Part shown: in pieces, positions 25,301-38,600 of the stretch
Layout of the letters: every line of letters begins with the position of its first letter
How positions within the stretch are numbered: the stretch's first letter is position 1
Origin: Rebecca billardiae RCC1528
Lineage: Eukaryota > Protista > Haptophyta
Length of the DNA stretch: 64,000 bases
Assembly: GCA_965240325.2 (NCBI GenBank)
Contig: OZ251222.1
Span: forward strand, 992,001 to 1,056,000
Direction of reading: 5' to 3'
Translations under genes and position numbers: made by a program
The notes under the pieces: model-generated
Seen by the model: only the letters and a program-made list of their open reading frames with translations
The model's database searches: none
Told to the model about the DNA's origin: nothing

Positions 25301-28300
25301 GGGCTCGGCGGCGGGCTCGGCGGTGGTGGGCTGGGCGGCAGGCTCGGTGGTGGGCTCGATGGCGCGCTCGGTGGCGGTGGGTTGGGGGGCGGGCTCGGTG
25401 GAGGGCTCGGTGGCGGGCTCGGCGGCGCGCTCGGTGGCGGTGGGTTGGGGGGTGGGCTCGGTGGGGGGCTCGGCGGCGGGCTCGGCGGTGGTGGGCTCGG
25501 CGGCGGGCTCGGCGGCGCGCTCGGTGGCGGTGGGTTGGGGGGTGGGCTCGGTGGTGGGCTCGGCGGCGGGCTCGGCGGTGGTGGGCTCGGCGGCGGGCTC
25601 GGAGCGGGGCTCGGTGGCGCGCTCGGTGGCGGTGGGTTGGGTGGCGGGCTCGGTGGGGGGCTCGGCGGCGACCTCGGCGGCGGTAGGCTCGGCGGCGGGT
25701 ATGTTGGTGGTGGGCTCGGCGGCGGGCGCGGCGGTGGCAGCAGTGGCGGCAGGCTCGGCGGCGGGTTGGGCGGTGGACTCGGCGGCGGCGCCGGCGGCGG
25801 TGGGCTCGGCGGCGGGCTTGGCGGTGGGCTCTGTGGCGGGCTCGGAGGCGAGCTCGGCGGTGGTGGGCTCGGCGGTGGTGGGCTCGGCGGCGGGCTCGGC
25901 GGTGGAGGGCTCGGCGGCGGGCTTGGCGGTGGTGGGCTCGGCGGCGGGCTCGGTGGGGGGCTTTGTGGTGGGCTCGGAGGTGAGCTCGGCGGTGGTGGGC
26001 TCGGCGGTGGTGGGCTCGGCGGCGGGCTCGGTGGTGGTGGGCTCGGCGGCGGGGTCGGTGGGGGGCTTTGTGGCGGGCTTGGAGGCGAGCTCTGTGGTGG
26101 TGGGCTCGGTGGTGGTGGGCTCGGCGGCGGGCTCGGCGGTGGCAGCAGTGGCGGCAGGCTCGGCGGCGGGTTGGGCGGTGGACTCGGCGGCGGCGCCGGC
26201 AGCGGTGGGCTCGGCGGCGGGCTTGGCGGTGGGCTCTGTGGCGGGCTCGGAGGCGAGCTCGGTGGTGGTGGGCTCGGCGGTGGTGGGCTCGGCGGCGGGC
26301 TCGGAGGTGGTGGGCTCGGCGGCGGGCTCGGCGGTGGGCTCTGTGGCGGGCTCGGAGGCGAGCTCGGTGGTGGTGGGCTCGGCGGTGGTGGGCTCGGCGG
26401 CGGGCTCGGAGGTGGTGGGCTCGGCGGCGGGCTCGGCGGTGGGCTCTGTGGCGGGCTCGGAGGCGAGCTCGGTGGTGGTGGGCTCGGCGGTGGTGGGCTC
26501 GGCGGTGGCACCGGCGGCGGTGGGCTCGGCGGCGGGCTTGGCGGTGGGCTCTGTGGCGGGCTCGGAGGCGAGCTCGGTGGTGGTGGGCTCGGCGGTGGTG
26601 GGCTTGGCGGCGGGCTCGGCGGTGGTGGGCTCGGCGGCGGGGTCGGTGGTGGGCTTTGTGGTGGGCTCGGAGGCGAGCTCGGCGGTGGTGGGCTCGGCGG
26701 CGGTGGGCTCGGCGGCGGGCTCGGCGGCGGGTTGGGCGGTGGGCTCGGCGGCGGGTTGGGCGGTGGGCTCGGCGGTGGCGCCGGCGGTGGTGGGCTCGGC
26801 GGCGGGCTCGGCGGCGGTGGGCTCGGTGGTGGAGCCGGCGGCGGTGGACTCGGTGGCGGGCTCGGCGGTGGTGGGCTCGGCGGCGGGGCAGGCGGCGGCG
26901 GGCTCGGCGGCGGTGGACTTGGTGGTGGAGAAGGTGGCGGCTGGCCCGGCGGCTGGCTCGGCGGGGGGGATGGCGGAGGGCGTGGAGGTGGACTGGGCGG
27001 GGGTAACGGGGGCGGCGCCGGCGGCAGCGATGGCGGTGGGCTCGGTGGCGGGCTCGGCGTTGGCGGTGGCGAGGGTTCTGGTAGGCCGTCAAGCGAGATC
27101 ACGTACGCCTCTCCTCTATCGCCGTTTCCCCTGTACGCGCCCACAAACAGCTCAGGGGAACCGTCTCCAGAGAGGTCACCGAGCGCAGCAACGCCGTGCC
27201 CAAATATGTTCGCGACCGTGAGCTCGGCACTGAGGCTCGGGGTCTCGTGACCGATCTTGCGCTGCGAGCGCACAGTGCCGTCTCGCTGCATGTACAGCAC
27301 GTACACGGCTGCAGAGGTGCCGTAGTTTGCCTCGCCGACGAGCGCGTCCGGAATCCCGTCGACGTCGAGGTCTCCTGCACCCGCGCAGCTAATGCCAAAC
27401 CAGCCATGATCAAGCGCGTTGAGAACAATCCCGCCTTCCTCGCGCGCGAGCCTCACGTGGGACTTCACCGTCCCGTTGCGGTTCAGGAAGAGCACGTACG
27501 CTGCGCCGCGACGAGGCTCGCCTATGTTCGAGTACGGCGCGCCCACAATCGCGTCGGGCACGCCGTCATCGTCCAGGTCGCCGAGGCCACCAATGCTGTA
27601 GCCGAACCGCCCACCACTGGTCAGAATGTCGGGGAGTCCGCCCACGCCAGATGCGATCTGTGCCTCTCCCTTGACGGTGCCATTGGCGTGCAGGAAGAGC
27701 ACCCACGCCTCGCCGCGGTTGTTGTAGCGGGAATAGGCGCCGACCATCACGTCCGTCACGTTGTCGCCATCCACGTCACCCAGCGATGCGAGAGCGGCGC
27801 CTATCCAGCCGACGTCCTCCACCCCGTGCGTGATGCCGAGCGTGGACGCCGAGATCTCGACGTAGGATTTGGTCGTGCCGGCCGGCGTGAGGAAGATGAA
27901 CCAGCACGCTCCCCTCCGAAGGCACACGCCAATGTCGGTGACGTTGTCGCCGTCGAGATCACCGAGAGACGCGAGGCCGTAGCCGAAGTAGCTCAAGTAC
28001 CCGTAGGAGGCATCGAAACCAGGGGACCCCTCGCCGACCATGTACTCGTCCTTGACGGTGCCGTCAGCGTTAAGGAGGAGGATGAAGACAGAGCCGTCGC
28101 CTCCTCCTCCACCATACGCCATATTCGGGGCCGAGACGAGAGCATCAGGGATTCCGTCGCCGTCGAAGTCTCCGAGTGCCGCCGTGCGCATGGCGAACAA
28201 TTTGTTGGTTAGGAGCGGTGTACTCAGCCCACCCTGGCCGTTTGAGATGATGGTGTAGGCCAGTACCATGTCTGGTGGCGGCGGCGGCAGCGGCGGGCTC

Positions 28301-31300
28301 GGCGGCGGGCTCGGCGGCGGGCTCGGCGGCGGGCTGAACGGCGGGCTCGGGGGTGGGCTCGGCGGGCGTGGCGGGCTGGGCGGCGGGCTTGGTGGCGCGC
28401 TTGGAGGCGGCGGGGTGGGAGGCGGGCTCGGTGGCGGGCTCGGCGGCGGGATCGGCGGTGGTGGGCTCGGCGGGGGGCTCGGTGGGGGGCTCGGTGGCGC
28501 GCTTGGAGGCGGCTGGGTGGGGGGTGGGCTCGGCGGCTGGCTCGGCGGCGGCGGCGGCGGCGGTGGAGCCGGCGGCGGCGGACTTGGCGGTGGAGGCGGT
28601 GGATTCGGCGGCGGCAGCGGCGGTGGTGGGCTCGGTGGCGGTGCTGGCGGCGGTGGGCTCGGCGGCGGGCTCGGCGGGTGCGGCGCCGCCTCGCCGCGCA
28701 GGCCCAGCACGTACACCGCGCCGCGGTCCGCGCCGCCGTCGTCGTCAAAGGGCGCGCCGACCACGCACTTGCCAGAGCCGTCGCCGTCGTGGTCGGCGAG
28801 CAACACCACGCCTGATCCAAAGCGGTCGCCGCTCTCAAGCGCCGCGGTCGAGCCCCCGAGGCCGCGCGAGATCTTCTCCGAGTACCGCACCGTACCGTCG
28901 GGTCGGAGGTAGAGCACAAACACTGCGCCGGACGCGCTGTCGTAGCCGCCGGCGCCGACGATGGCGTCGGGCACGCCATCGCCATCGACATCCCTGCCAC
29001 CCGAGACCCCGAGGCCAAACTGAGCCTCGTCAGCATCGAGACCGACCATGCCACCACCCGCTGTCGCCGAGATCTTCTGCGCCGCCTTCACGCTCCCATC
29101 GGTGTTCAGGAAGAGGACGTAAACCGCCCCCCTGTCGTTGCCGCCATCGTCCTCACGAAACGCCCCCACAATCGCGTCGGTGGCTCCGTCGCCGTCCAAG
29201 TCGCCGAGGGCCGACACGTCAAAGCCGAAGTTCAAACCCTGCGCCGTCGCACTCGGGTCGACGTCGAGGTGGTAGTGCACCACCTCCGCCTTGACAGTGC
29301 CGTCCGTGTTGAGCAAGAGCACGAAAACGCGGTTGAAGGTGTAGGCGCCGACGAGCGCATCTGGCACACCGTCCGAGTCGATGTCGCCAAGGCCGGCGAC
29401 GCCGCAGCCAAAGCGCGCACCCGCGGGCAGGTCGTAGCTCAGCCCGCCCTGAGTATCGGAGATCTTGGTGCTGCTCTTGAGCGTGCCCTGTGCCGTGAGG
29501 AACACGATGTACGCCGCGCCTACATTCGTGCCGCCGTCGCCGTCATCCCTGTCGCCGACGATCACGTCCGTCACGTTGTCGCCGTCCACGTCGCCCAGAC
29601 CATCCGCAGCATATCCAAACGCGGTGGTGCCGGCAACTTCGAGGACGTGCTCTTGCTTCACCGTGCCGTTCGCGTGGAGCAGCAGCACGTACGCTTGGCC
29701 ATTGCTGCCGCCGTTGGGGGCCCCGGCTACAAGGTCGCCGACGCCGTCGCCATCAAAGTCACCGATCGAACCGGGGTGGTTTCCAAGGTTGGCGCCGTCG
29801 GCGAGCGGGCCGGTGAGGCCGCCCTCGGTCGACGAGATCTTCTGCGTGCTCACCACCGTCGACGGTGGCGGCGCACCACGCAGGCCCAGCACGTACACCG
29901 CGCCGCGGTCCGCGCCGCCGTCGTCGTCAGAGCTCGCGCCGACCACGCACTTGCCAGAGCCGTCGCCGTCGTGGTCGGCGAGCAACACCACGCCTGATCC
30001 AAAGCGGTCGCCGCTCTCAAGCGCCGCGGTCGAGCCCCCGAGGCCGCGCGAGATCTTCTCCGAGTACCGCACCGTACCGTCGGGTCGGAGGTAGAGCACA
30101 AACACTGCGCCGGACGCGCTGTCGTAGCCGCCGGCGCCGACGATGGCGTCGGGCACGCCATCGCCATCGACATCCCTGCCACCCGAGACCCCGAGGCCAA
30201 ACTGAGCCTCGTCAGCATCGAGACCGACCATGCCACCACCCGCTGTCGCCGAGATCTTCTGCGCCGCCTTCACGCTCCCATCGGTGTTCAGGAAGAGGAC
30301 GTAAACCGCCCCCCTGTCGTTGCCGCCATCGTCCTCACGAAACGCCCCCACAATCGCGTCGGTGGCTCCGTCGCCGTCCAAGTCGCCGAGGGCCGACACG
30401 TCAAAGCCGAAGTTCAAACCCTGCGCCGTCGCACTCGGGTCGACGTCGAGGTGGTAGTGCACCACCTCCGCCTTGACAGTGCCGTCCGTGTTGAGCAAGA
30501 GCACGAAAACGCGGTTGAAGGTGTAGGCGCCGACGAGCGCATCTGGCACACCGTCCGAGTCGATGTCGCCAAGGCCGGCGACGCCGCAGCCAAAGCGCGC
30601 ACCCGCGGGCAGGTCGTAGCTCAGCCCGCCCTGAGTATCGGAGATCTTGGTGCTGCTCTTGAGCGTGCTCTGTGCCGTGAGGAACACGATGTACGCCGCG
30701 CCTACATTCGTGCCGCCGTCGCCGTCATCCCTGTCGCCGACGATCACGTCCGTCACGTTGTCGCCGTCCACGTCGCCCAGACCATCCGCAGCATATCCAA
30801 ACGCGGTGGTGCCGGCAACTTCGAGGACGTGCTCTTGCTTCACCGTGCCGTTCGCGTGGAGCAGCAGCACGTACGCTTGGCCATTGCTGCCGCCGTTGGG
30901 GGCCCCGGCTACAAGGTCGCCGACGCCGTCGCCATCAAAGTCACCGATCGAACCGGGGTGGTTTCCAAGGTTGGCGCCGTCGGCGAGCGGGCCGGTGAGG
31001 CCGCCCTCGGTCGACGAGATCTTCTGCGTGCTCACCACCGTCGACGGTGGCGGCGCACCACGCAGGCCCAGCACGTACACCGCGCCGCGGTCCGCGCCGC
31101 CGTCGTCGTCAAAGGCCGCGCCGACCATGCACTTGCCAGAGCCGTCGCCATCGTGGTCGGCGAGCAACACCACGCCTGATCCAAAGCCGTCGCCGCTCTC
31201 GAGCACCGCGCTCGAGCCCCCGAGGCCGCGCGAGATCTTCTCCGAGTACCGCACCGTACCGTCGGGCCGGAGGTAGAGCACAAACACTGCGCCGGACCTG

Positions 31301-33333
31301 CTGTCGTAGTTGCCGGCGCCGACGATGGCGTCGGGCACGCCATCCCCATCGACATCCGGGCCACCCGAGACTGCCCAGCCAAACTCAGCATCGTCAGCAT
31401 CGAGACCGACCACGCCGCCGCCCGCTGTCGCCGAGATCTTCTGCGCCGCCTTCACGCTCCCATCGGTGTTCAGAAAGAGGACGTAAACCGCCCCCCTGTT
31501 GAAGCCGCCATCGTCCTCACGATGCGCCCCCACGATCACGTCGGTGGCTCCGTCGCCGTCCAAGTCGCCGAGGGCAGACACGTCGAAGCCAAAGTTCAAA
31601 CCCTGCTGCGTCGCGCTCGGGTCGACGTCGAGGTGGTAGTGCACCACCTCCGCCTTGACGGTGCCGTCCGTGTTGAGCAAGAGCACGAAAACGCGGTTGT
31701 CGTTGTAGGCGCCGACGAGCGCATCTGGCACACCGTCCGAGTCGATATCGCCAAGGCCGGCGACGCCGATGCCAAAGTGCGCTGAACTGGGCAGGTCGTA
31801 GCTCAGCCCGCCCTGAGTATCGGAGATCTTGGTGCTGCTCTTGAGCGTGCCCTGTGCCGTGAGGAACACGATGTACGCTGCGCCTGCATTCCCGCCGCCG
31901 TCGTCGTCAAGCCAGTCGCCGACGATCACGTCCGTCACGTTGTCGCCGTCCACGTCGCCCAGACCATCAGCAGCATGGCCAAACGCGGTGGTGCCGCCAA
32001 CTTCGAGGACGTGCTCTTGCTTCACCGTGCCGTTCGCGTGGAGCAGCAGCACGTACGCTTGGCCATTGCTGCCGCTGTTGGCGGCCCCGACGACAAGGTC
32101 GCCCACGCCGTCGCCATCAAAGTCACCGATCGAACCGGGATGGTATCCAAACCTGGCGCCGTCGGCGAGCGGGCCGGTGAGGCCGCCCTCGGTCGACGAG
32201 ATCTTCTGCGTGCTCACCACGGGCACCTGTGGCAGCCACGACGGTCTCGGCTGCGGTGGCGATGGCGGCGGTGTCGGCGGCAGCGATGGTGGCGGTTGCG
32301 CCGGCGGAGCTGACGGAGGGGGGCTGGGGGGCGGGAAGGGCGGTGGGCTTGGCGGAGGAGTCGGCGGCGGCGGGCTCTGTGGCGGGCTTGGTGGAGACGA
32401 AGGGGCAGGGGGGGGGCTCGGCGGCGGCAATGGTGGCGGTGGGCTTGGTGGTGGAGCCGGTGGCGGGTCTGGTGGCGGGCTCGGCGGCGTGCTCGGCGGC
32501 GGTGGGCTCGGCGGCGGCGGGCTCGGCGGCGGGCTCGGGGGCGGTGGGCTCGGCGGCGGGGCCGGTGGCGGTGGGCTCGGCGGCGGGGCCGGCGGTGGCG
32601 GGCTCGGCGGCGGGCTCGGCGGCGGGCTCGGCGGCGGCGGCGGAGGAGCCGGCGGCTGACTCGGCGGCGGCGGCAGTGGAGCTGGCGGCGGCGGACTTGG
32701 CGGTGGATTTGGCGGCGGCGGACTTGGCGGTGGAGCCGGCGGCGGCGGTGGGCTCGGCGGCTGGCTCGGCGGCGGCGGTGGTGGAGCCGGCGGCTGGCTC
32801 GGCGGCGGCGGCGGTGGAGCTGGCGGCGGCGGACTTGGCGGTGGATTCGGCGGCGGCGGACTTGGCGGTGGAGCCGGCGGCGGCGGTGGGCTCGGCGGCT
32901 GGCTCGGCGGCGGCGGCGGTGGAGCCGGCGGCGGCGGTGGGCTCGGCGGCTGGCTCGGCGGCGGCGGTGGTGGAGCCGGCGGCTGGCTCGGCGGCGGCGG
33001 CGGTGGAGCTGGCGGCGGCGGACTTGGCGGTGGATTCGGCGGCGGCGGACTTGGCGGTGGAGCCGGCGGCGGCGGTGGGCTCGGCGGCTGGCTCGGCGGC
33101 GGCGGCGGTGGAGCCGGCGGCGGCGGTGGGCTCGGCGGCTGGCTCGGCGGCGGCGGTGGTGGAGCCGGCGGCTGGCTCGGCGGCGGCGGCGGTGGAGCTG
33201 GCGGCGGCGGACTTGGCGGTGGATTCGGCGGCGGCGGACTTGGCGGTGGAGCCGGCGGCGGCGACGGGACCTGGCCGTTGGCGAAGGTCAAGATCGCGAG
33301 CACCGTCACGAGATGCACGTGCGCTGTCCGCAT
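16314..33333 (-). CDS. Giant polycystin-1/REJ-like receptor: signal peptide, Pro-rich stalks, 4 FG-GAP propellers, SEA-like, IPT/TIG, REJ, EGF, GPS and several TM helices
   Basis: 5601 aa ORF at 16528-33333. GDxDGDG..D.xVGA repeats, INRPPYGG..WTD..DLPLRYRF (REJ), CHFWNE..WSTEGC..CACDHLTDFA (GPS, 18511-18634). A likely frameshift near 16565 extends it to TGA at 16314. Confidence 0.85.
28696..32220 (-). repeat. Three tandem 1182 bp coding repeats (394 aa FG-GAP propeller)
   Basis: Unit starts at 32220, 31038 and 29856. Copies 2 and 3 are almost identical. Confidence 0.95.
32690..33260 (-). repeat. 189 bp (63 aa) higher-order repeat in the N-terminal Pro-rich stalk
   Basis: GGACTTGGCGGTGGATTCGG recurs at 32831, 33020 and 33209. 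Confidence 0.85.
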
Positions 33334-33572
33334 CTTGCTGCTGACTGATGATTCCGCGACGAGAGCGGAGAGGGCTCCTGTGATTACTCACCGACTGTGC
33401 ATAACAGGTACGTACTCGGTAGCGGGTAGAACCAAGGATGGTACGGGGGGCCGCCAAGGCCCTGATGACTACTGAGCCCGCGTCCCCGCGCATACGTTTA
33501 CAGGTAACAATGATGACTACTGTGTGACGTGCATGCACCACCAAAGTACCATCAACAACGAACATCTACATC

Positions 33573-33906
33573 TCCCCGCCTTTGTATTGGGCTCCGGGTG
33601 ATCAGACCGTCGTCATCATCATGATGACGAATGAAGTAGAAAGAAAGGTGCGTCGTTCGGGCGGATACCCCCATACAGAACCTTCGAAAACTGTTTGCTC
33701 TCTGAGAGGGAATAGCATGGATTCGAATCAAGACGAGATCATCATCATCATTACTGCTACTGCTTTTTACCATCATCGCTGCATGATTTATTCTGTTTCA
33801 TCCCTCTCATCTGTCGGCATCCAATGAATCCATGCACGACACGGTAAATGACGCTTCAGAGGCGTCGGCCGCCAGTCTGATCACCCGGAGCCCGTTATAA
33901 AGGGGA
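33573..33906. mobile_element. MITE-like element
   Basis: Perfect 19 bp inverted repeat GGGCTCCGGGTGATCAGAC at 33589-33607 / 33875-33893, extending imperfectly outward. AT-richer core. Confidence 0.55.
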
Positions 33907-35670
33907 ATTTATAAAAGTACAGTCGGAGGCGGGCAAATAGTTCGTCAATGATTGGGGATACCGCACAGTATTCAGTATGGGGGCACGGTGAGAGTTGGCG
34001 GGCCTGAGCTGTGTGCGCTCTTATTCTTAGTGTATAATATTATGAAACTCATTCTAAGATTTCATGACGCGGGTAGGACGGCGCGTCTCCTCATTTGTCG
34101 TCGGCAATACATAAAGTACAGTTTACTAAGAATAAGAGACGCACACAGCTCAGGCAGGCGACAGTACTCGATCGTCGACAAGACGACAACCTTGAGAGCG
34201 CGACTTGAGCCGCTGCAGCGCGATCCACCTGCGCTGCGCAGCTCGCATGGGCCTGCTGCGCCCTGATCAGGGGCGGGGGTGCAGGACCGGATGGCAGACG
34301 GCCGTCTCGGCCGCTTGGGCCCTGGCGGGTGGTCCAGTGGTGATGTAGTTGTCCCCGTGTGCCCCGCGCGGCCGCGTGCGCGCTTGCCGCGGCTGCTCAG
34401 CTGGCTTGCTAGATCTGCGGCGTGCAGGGAACGCTTTGCCCCCGACTGCTGCGCGTCCTCGTCGTCCGAGTCGTCGTCCAGGGACGAGTCTCGGTCCGCG
34501 TGGGGGGCAGCAGCGGGGGCAGGCGCAGATGCTACAGTCCGAGAGGCCGCCACGGCCGCGCCGCCTTGCGCTCCTGCCTGGCGTTTCTCGACGGCGCTCC
34601 GTGACGAGGTGCGGCGGCTCGATGGGACCGGATCCGTCTGCCCTGCGCGCCACGCCGAGGCCCGCGCTTGCCGCACCGATGCTTCCTCTTCCACTTCTGA
34701 GAATGCTGCTGCTCGCCGTCTGCAGCCGGCACTCCAGTACCCGGCGGAGCCCTGCGCGGCGAGCGGGCGGCGCCGGCGGAGCCGACTTGCGCGCTCGGCG
34801 CGGGGCGGGATTGGGGGGAGCATTAGAAGGCACGCCACCACCTCCCTCGCACCGCTGGCTGCCGCCAGCGGGGGTAACCTGTGGAGACGCATCAGGTCCT
34901 CGCGGATCAGGCTGCCTCACAGACACCGCCTCAGACGGACACTCCCATCTGGCAGGAGGGAGGTGTGCACCGCGCGCGGGAAGCCGTCGGCGGCGGTGAA
35001 CTTTGCTGCCTCACGCCAAAGGCGGACGTAGAGGCGCAACCAGCCGTCCGACAGCCTGTCGGGCAGCCGTGCAGTCACGTCGAGCAGGTCGTTCATTGGT
35101 ACGTAGCTGCGGCCAGGTCTCCGATTCTGATGATTGTTGCCTGACTGAGCCGAGTGCAGTAACGATGCCCGCACCCCATCCATCAGTGCCCCACAACGAT
35201 CCAAGTGCGTTCAGGCCCCAGCGCCACGGCCGGGGCGCCGGGGCGTGGCGTAGGCAGGTGGGCGCGGCCGTACGAGCGCGTGAGCATGCGTGACAGCTTC
35301 GCATCAAGCTTTTCAACCACGACTCTCACGTCCACGTCCGTTCTCGTGCAAGACAGCACAACAGCAACTGTGGAACCAGCGCATATGTCGCTGCACATGG
35401 GACTAGTCGGATGGACAAATAGCCTACTAGTGTTGGTCACAAGGTGGTAAACTTCGAAACGTCTTTTTTGCTTATAAGCAAAGAAAGGCCAATCGTGAGA
35501 TCGGGGCGGGAAACCCTACCGAGCTGAGTTAGGTAATCTCATATTGACGAGGACACTGGCTATCCGCAAGTAAGCGTGTCTTTGGGTGCCAATAAATTAT
35601 TTAATAATTTAATTTATTTATTCAATAATGGTTCCAAGGTGGTTCCAATGGTTCCGGGAGAGGTAATACT

Positions 35671-38600
35671 AAACTGCGGGGGCCTGGCGGCCTTGTCCCG
35701 GTGGGGCTGGTCGAACACAGCGCGTCTAGGACGCGACGGAGAAGCTTGCCAGGGCCGGCAGACCCGACGACGATGGGACGAGTTGGCAGTAGTTCAGCGC
35801 TGTAGAACGGTATCATCCGGTGGCGCGCCACCGTCGCGCGTGCGATTAAGCCAGGCGCGGCAGCGCCGGCACTTCTGCAGTTCTGCAAGGCCCACCGTGA
35901 GGCGCACGGCGAGGCGCGCGTCGATGCAGTCGTCGCTGCGCACGGCCGCTCGGGCACGACGGCACGGCAACGGCACGCACCGCAGATGGCCCACCGGTCT
36001 GCAGGCGCGGGGCGACTGCAGGCGCGGGGCGAGCCGCGAGCGGCGCAGGCCGGCAGGGCACAACCGACTGCCGGCGTAGACTCCTGCAGCCGTCGCTGAG
36101 CACGGCCCGTCGGGCACGACGTGGTACGAGCGGCTCGCGTCGGTGTGCATGTTGTGTTGTGCAGCTCGCGCCGGCGGGCACGCACCTCCGCGATGGCGCC
36201 GCGAGCCGCGGGCGGCGCGGGTGACGGACGAGCCAGGGCGAGTAGTAGTCGGGCAAGTCGGCGAGCGGGTGGCTAGTATGGTAGGCTTGTGGTACGAGCT
36301 TCTCCATGAGCCCGTTCGTGCACGTCATCTGATGCGGTTGCGGCTGCTTGATCGCCGCCACGTGCCGCTGGATCTCCGCCAGATTGGCGCAGTTCCTCGC
36401 GACGCCGACGATGGCATCTGGCGCTGGGTACAGGCGGAGGCCCGCGGAGCTCAGATCCTCGTCGCGCGCATGTGTGCGAGCGCGAGTGCCGGCAGCGTCG
36501 TCGAGCCACGCCGGCTGAGCGCTATCTGCGTGTCGCGCGCGGCCTTATTCGCCTCCTGCAGCAGCGCGCGCTCGTCCGTCATACTCAATCGTGTGTGCCG
36601 AGCGCACGCGGCGCGGCGGCGAAAGCACTCGTGCGTCGCGGTTCCTCCGGACTTGGGGAGCGGATGGTCGTAGAAAAGCGTCAACAAATAGGTGAGAATC
36701 GCAACGACCTCCCTATGGCGCGCGCTCAAAAAGGTTTAACGACATGCGTTCTCGATTCCCAAGGCGTGCCTACAGTAGTTTAGGTTTTCGCCTTGCCGTG
36801 AGCGCACCTTAAGGGAATCGGGTTAACGCGCAAAGCGGCGGACGCGTAGAGGCGCCCACCCCTCTCGCGGGGTGCTCCAAACTCCGAATTAGTCGGCTTA
36901 CCCGAGATCGAGCAAGATCTGTGTGCAAAGCGCTCCAGATCGTAGCTCATTCCGTAGGCGTGCGTGATCCGCATCTCCCCAACCCCAACATCTCAACTTC
37001 ATAGCACGACATACAAGAACAAAGGTGGTGTGGGGGCGCACATGCTCCAATAGGAGGCGATTAGGGTCCCCAAAATCAACATCTCAACTTCATAGCACGA
37101 CATACAAAAACAAAGATGGCGTTCGGCCTCATGCAACAGGCGCGCGGTGACTGCACGTTCTGGCAAGGCCCTCGGCTCGGGCTCAGCACGCGACCGAAAT
37201 GAGCTCGGGCTCCCCGCAGGGGCCCTGCTGCCGCCCCATGTTCGCCCGCCTGGCCGGGCCCGCACGCCGATAGCCACGCCCGATGCACGCGGATACGTGC
37301 ATCGAGCGGGGCCTGACGGCGGCACCACCGTCGCCGCTGGCCTCCGCGCGCTGTGCTGCACCTCGGAGCTTCTCGGCACCACGCCTTCGGAGCGGCGGGG
37401 ACTACGCGTCGGCCCCATCCTCGAGCGGCGCTGATGACGGCGACGAGAAGTCGCCCCTGGTGCGCGCTCTGGGCGAGCGAGCGGGACGCGAGCTGCGCGT
37501 GTTCCTCGCAGGACGCCCGTCCGCGGCCTCGCGGCGTGCGCTGCCGTCGGACCTGCGGCTGCTCGAGATCGTGTACGAAGCGGCGTGTGTGGGACGGCCT
37601 CGCTCCAAGTTCTTCCCGCCCGACGCGCGCCGACTCGACACCAGCCGGCTGCGCTGGCGGATCGGCGATCTGGAGGCGGGCATGAGGCGCCACGACGAGG
37701 CTCGTCACACAAATCTCCGTGACGCCATCTGGGAGCCGAACCTGATCGGCATGACACGGGCGCCGCCGGCGCTGTCGAGAAGGCCGACCCAAAATGCGTC
37801 ATCCTCACCACCGCGCTCGACGTGTTGTTCGGCGGGCGCATCGGCTTCATGCTCGGCGAGCGCACACGCGGCGCCGATGGCCATCCCTCGCACCTGCGCT
37901 ATCGCGCCGCACGCCGAGGCGTGCGCATCTGCCGAGCGGTGCTGCTCGCGCCAGTCCGGCCGGCGGCTGGCCACGGACGACGTGTGCACGGGCACGGCGG
38001 AGCCGCCGCGCCTCGTACCGCCCAGGCCTGCCGCTGCAGCCGCCTCGTCGGCGGGCGAGCCGCCGCGCGCCGCTGGCGCCTCGACCGCGGGCGACGAGGC
38101 CGGTGGCAGGGCGGTGCCGTGGCTCGCGGCAGCACTCGGCGACACCGCCTCCACCGACCTCGACTGGCTCCGGCAGCACATGGTGCTGAGCGACGCGGAC
38201 CTGCTGCTGCTCGACGCGGACTGCCGCTCACGCGCCGAGCGACGGAGGCGCTGCCCATGCCACGCCTCGAGCTCCGCGCAGCGCGGCTCGGGATTCCGTG
38301 GTCGGTTACTGCAATATGTACCAGCTCGCCTGCGCTCGGCTTATTGTGCCGGAGTAACCGATTTGCGATTCTCATACTGCCGTTCAAGCCCAATAGCAAA
38401 TGTTCGATGAATGACGGGCCATGAGTGGTCGTCTTAACCTGGTGCGGACCATGTGCCACGAGCGTGAGCAGCAGTAGTGCGCATGCCGCACCGGGACGCC
38501 AACGTGTTGTCGTCGCCATGCTGATTGTCGCGCCAAATACATTGATGAACATTATTGCATGCGTGGACGTCGTTGCGGCAATCATACTCGCCTGCCTGAG

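Noticed and set aside
24003-27250. Long Gly-, Arg- or Ala-rich ORFs (1021, 1029 and 782 aa)
   Set aside because: Antisense or alternate-frame shadows of the SPPP repeat in the giant gene.
36986-37115. Repeat-spacer-repeat read as a CRISPR array
   Set aside because: Only two units, eukaryotic context and no cas genes.
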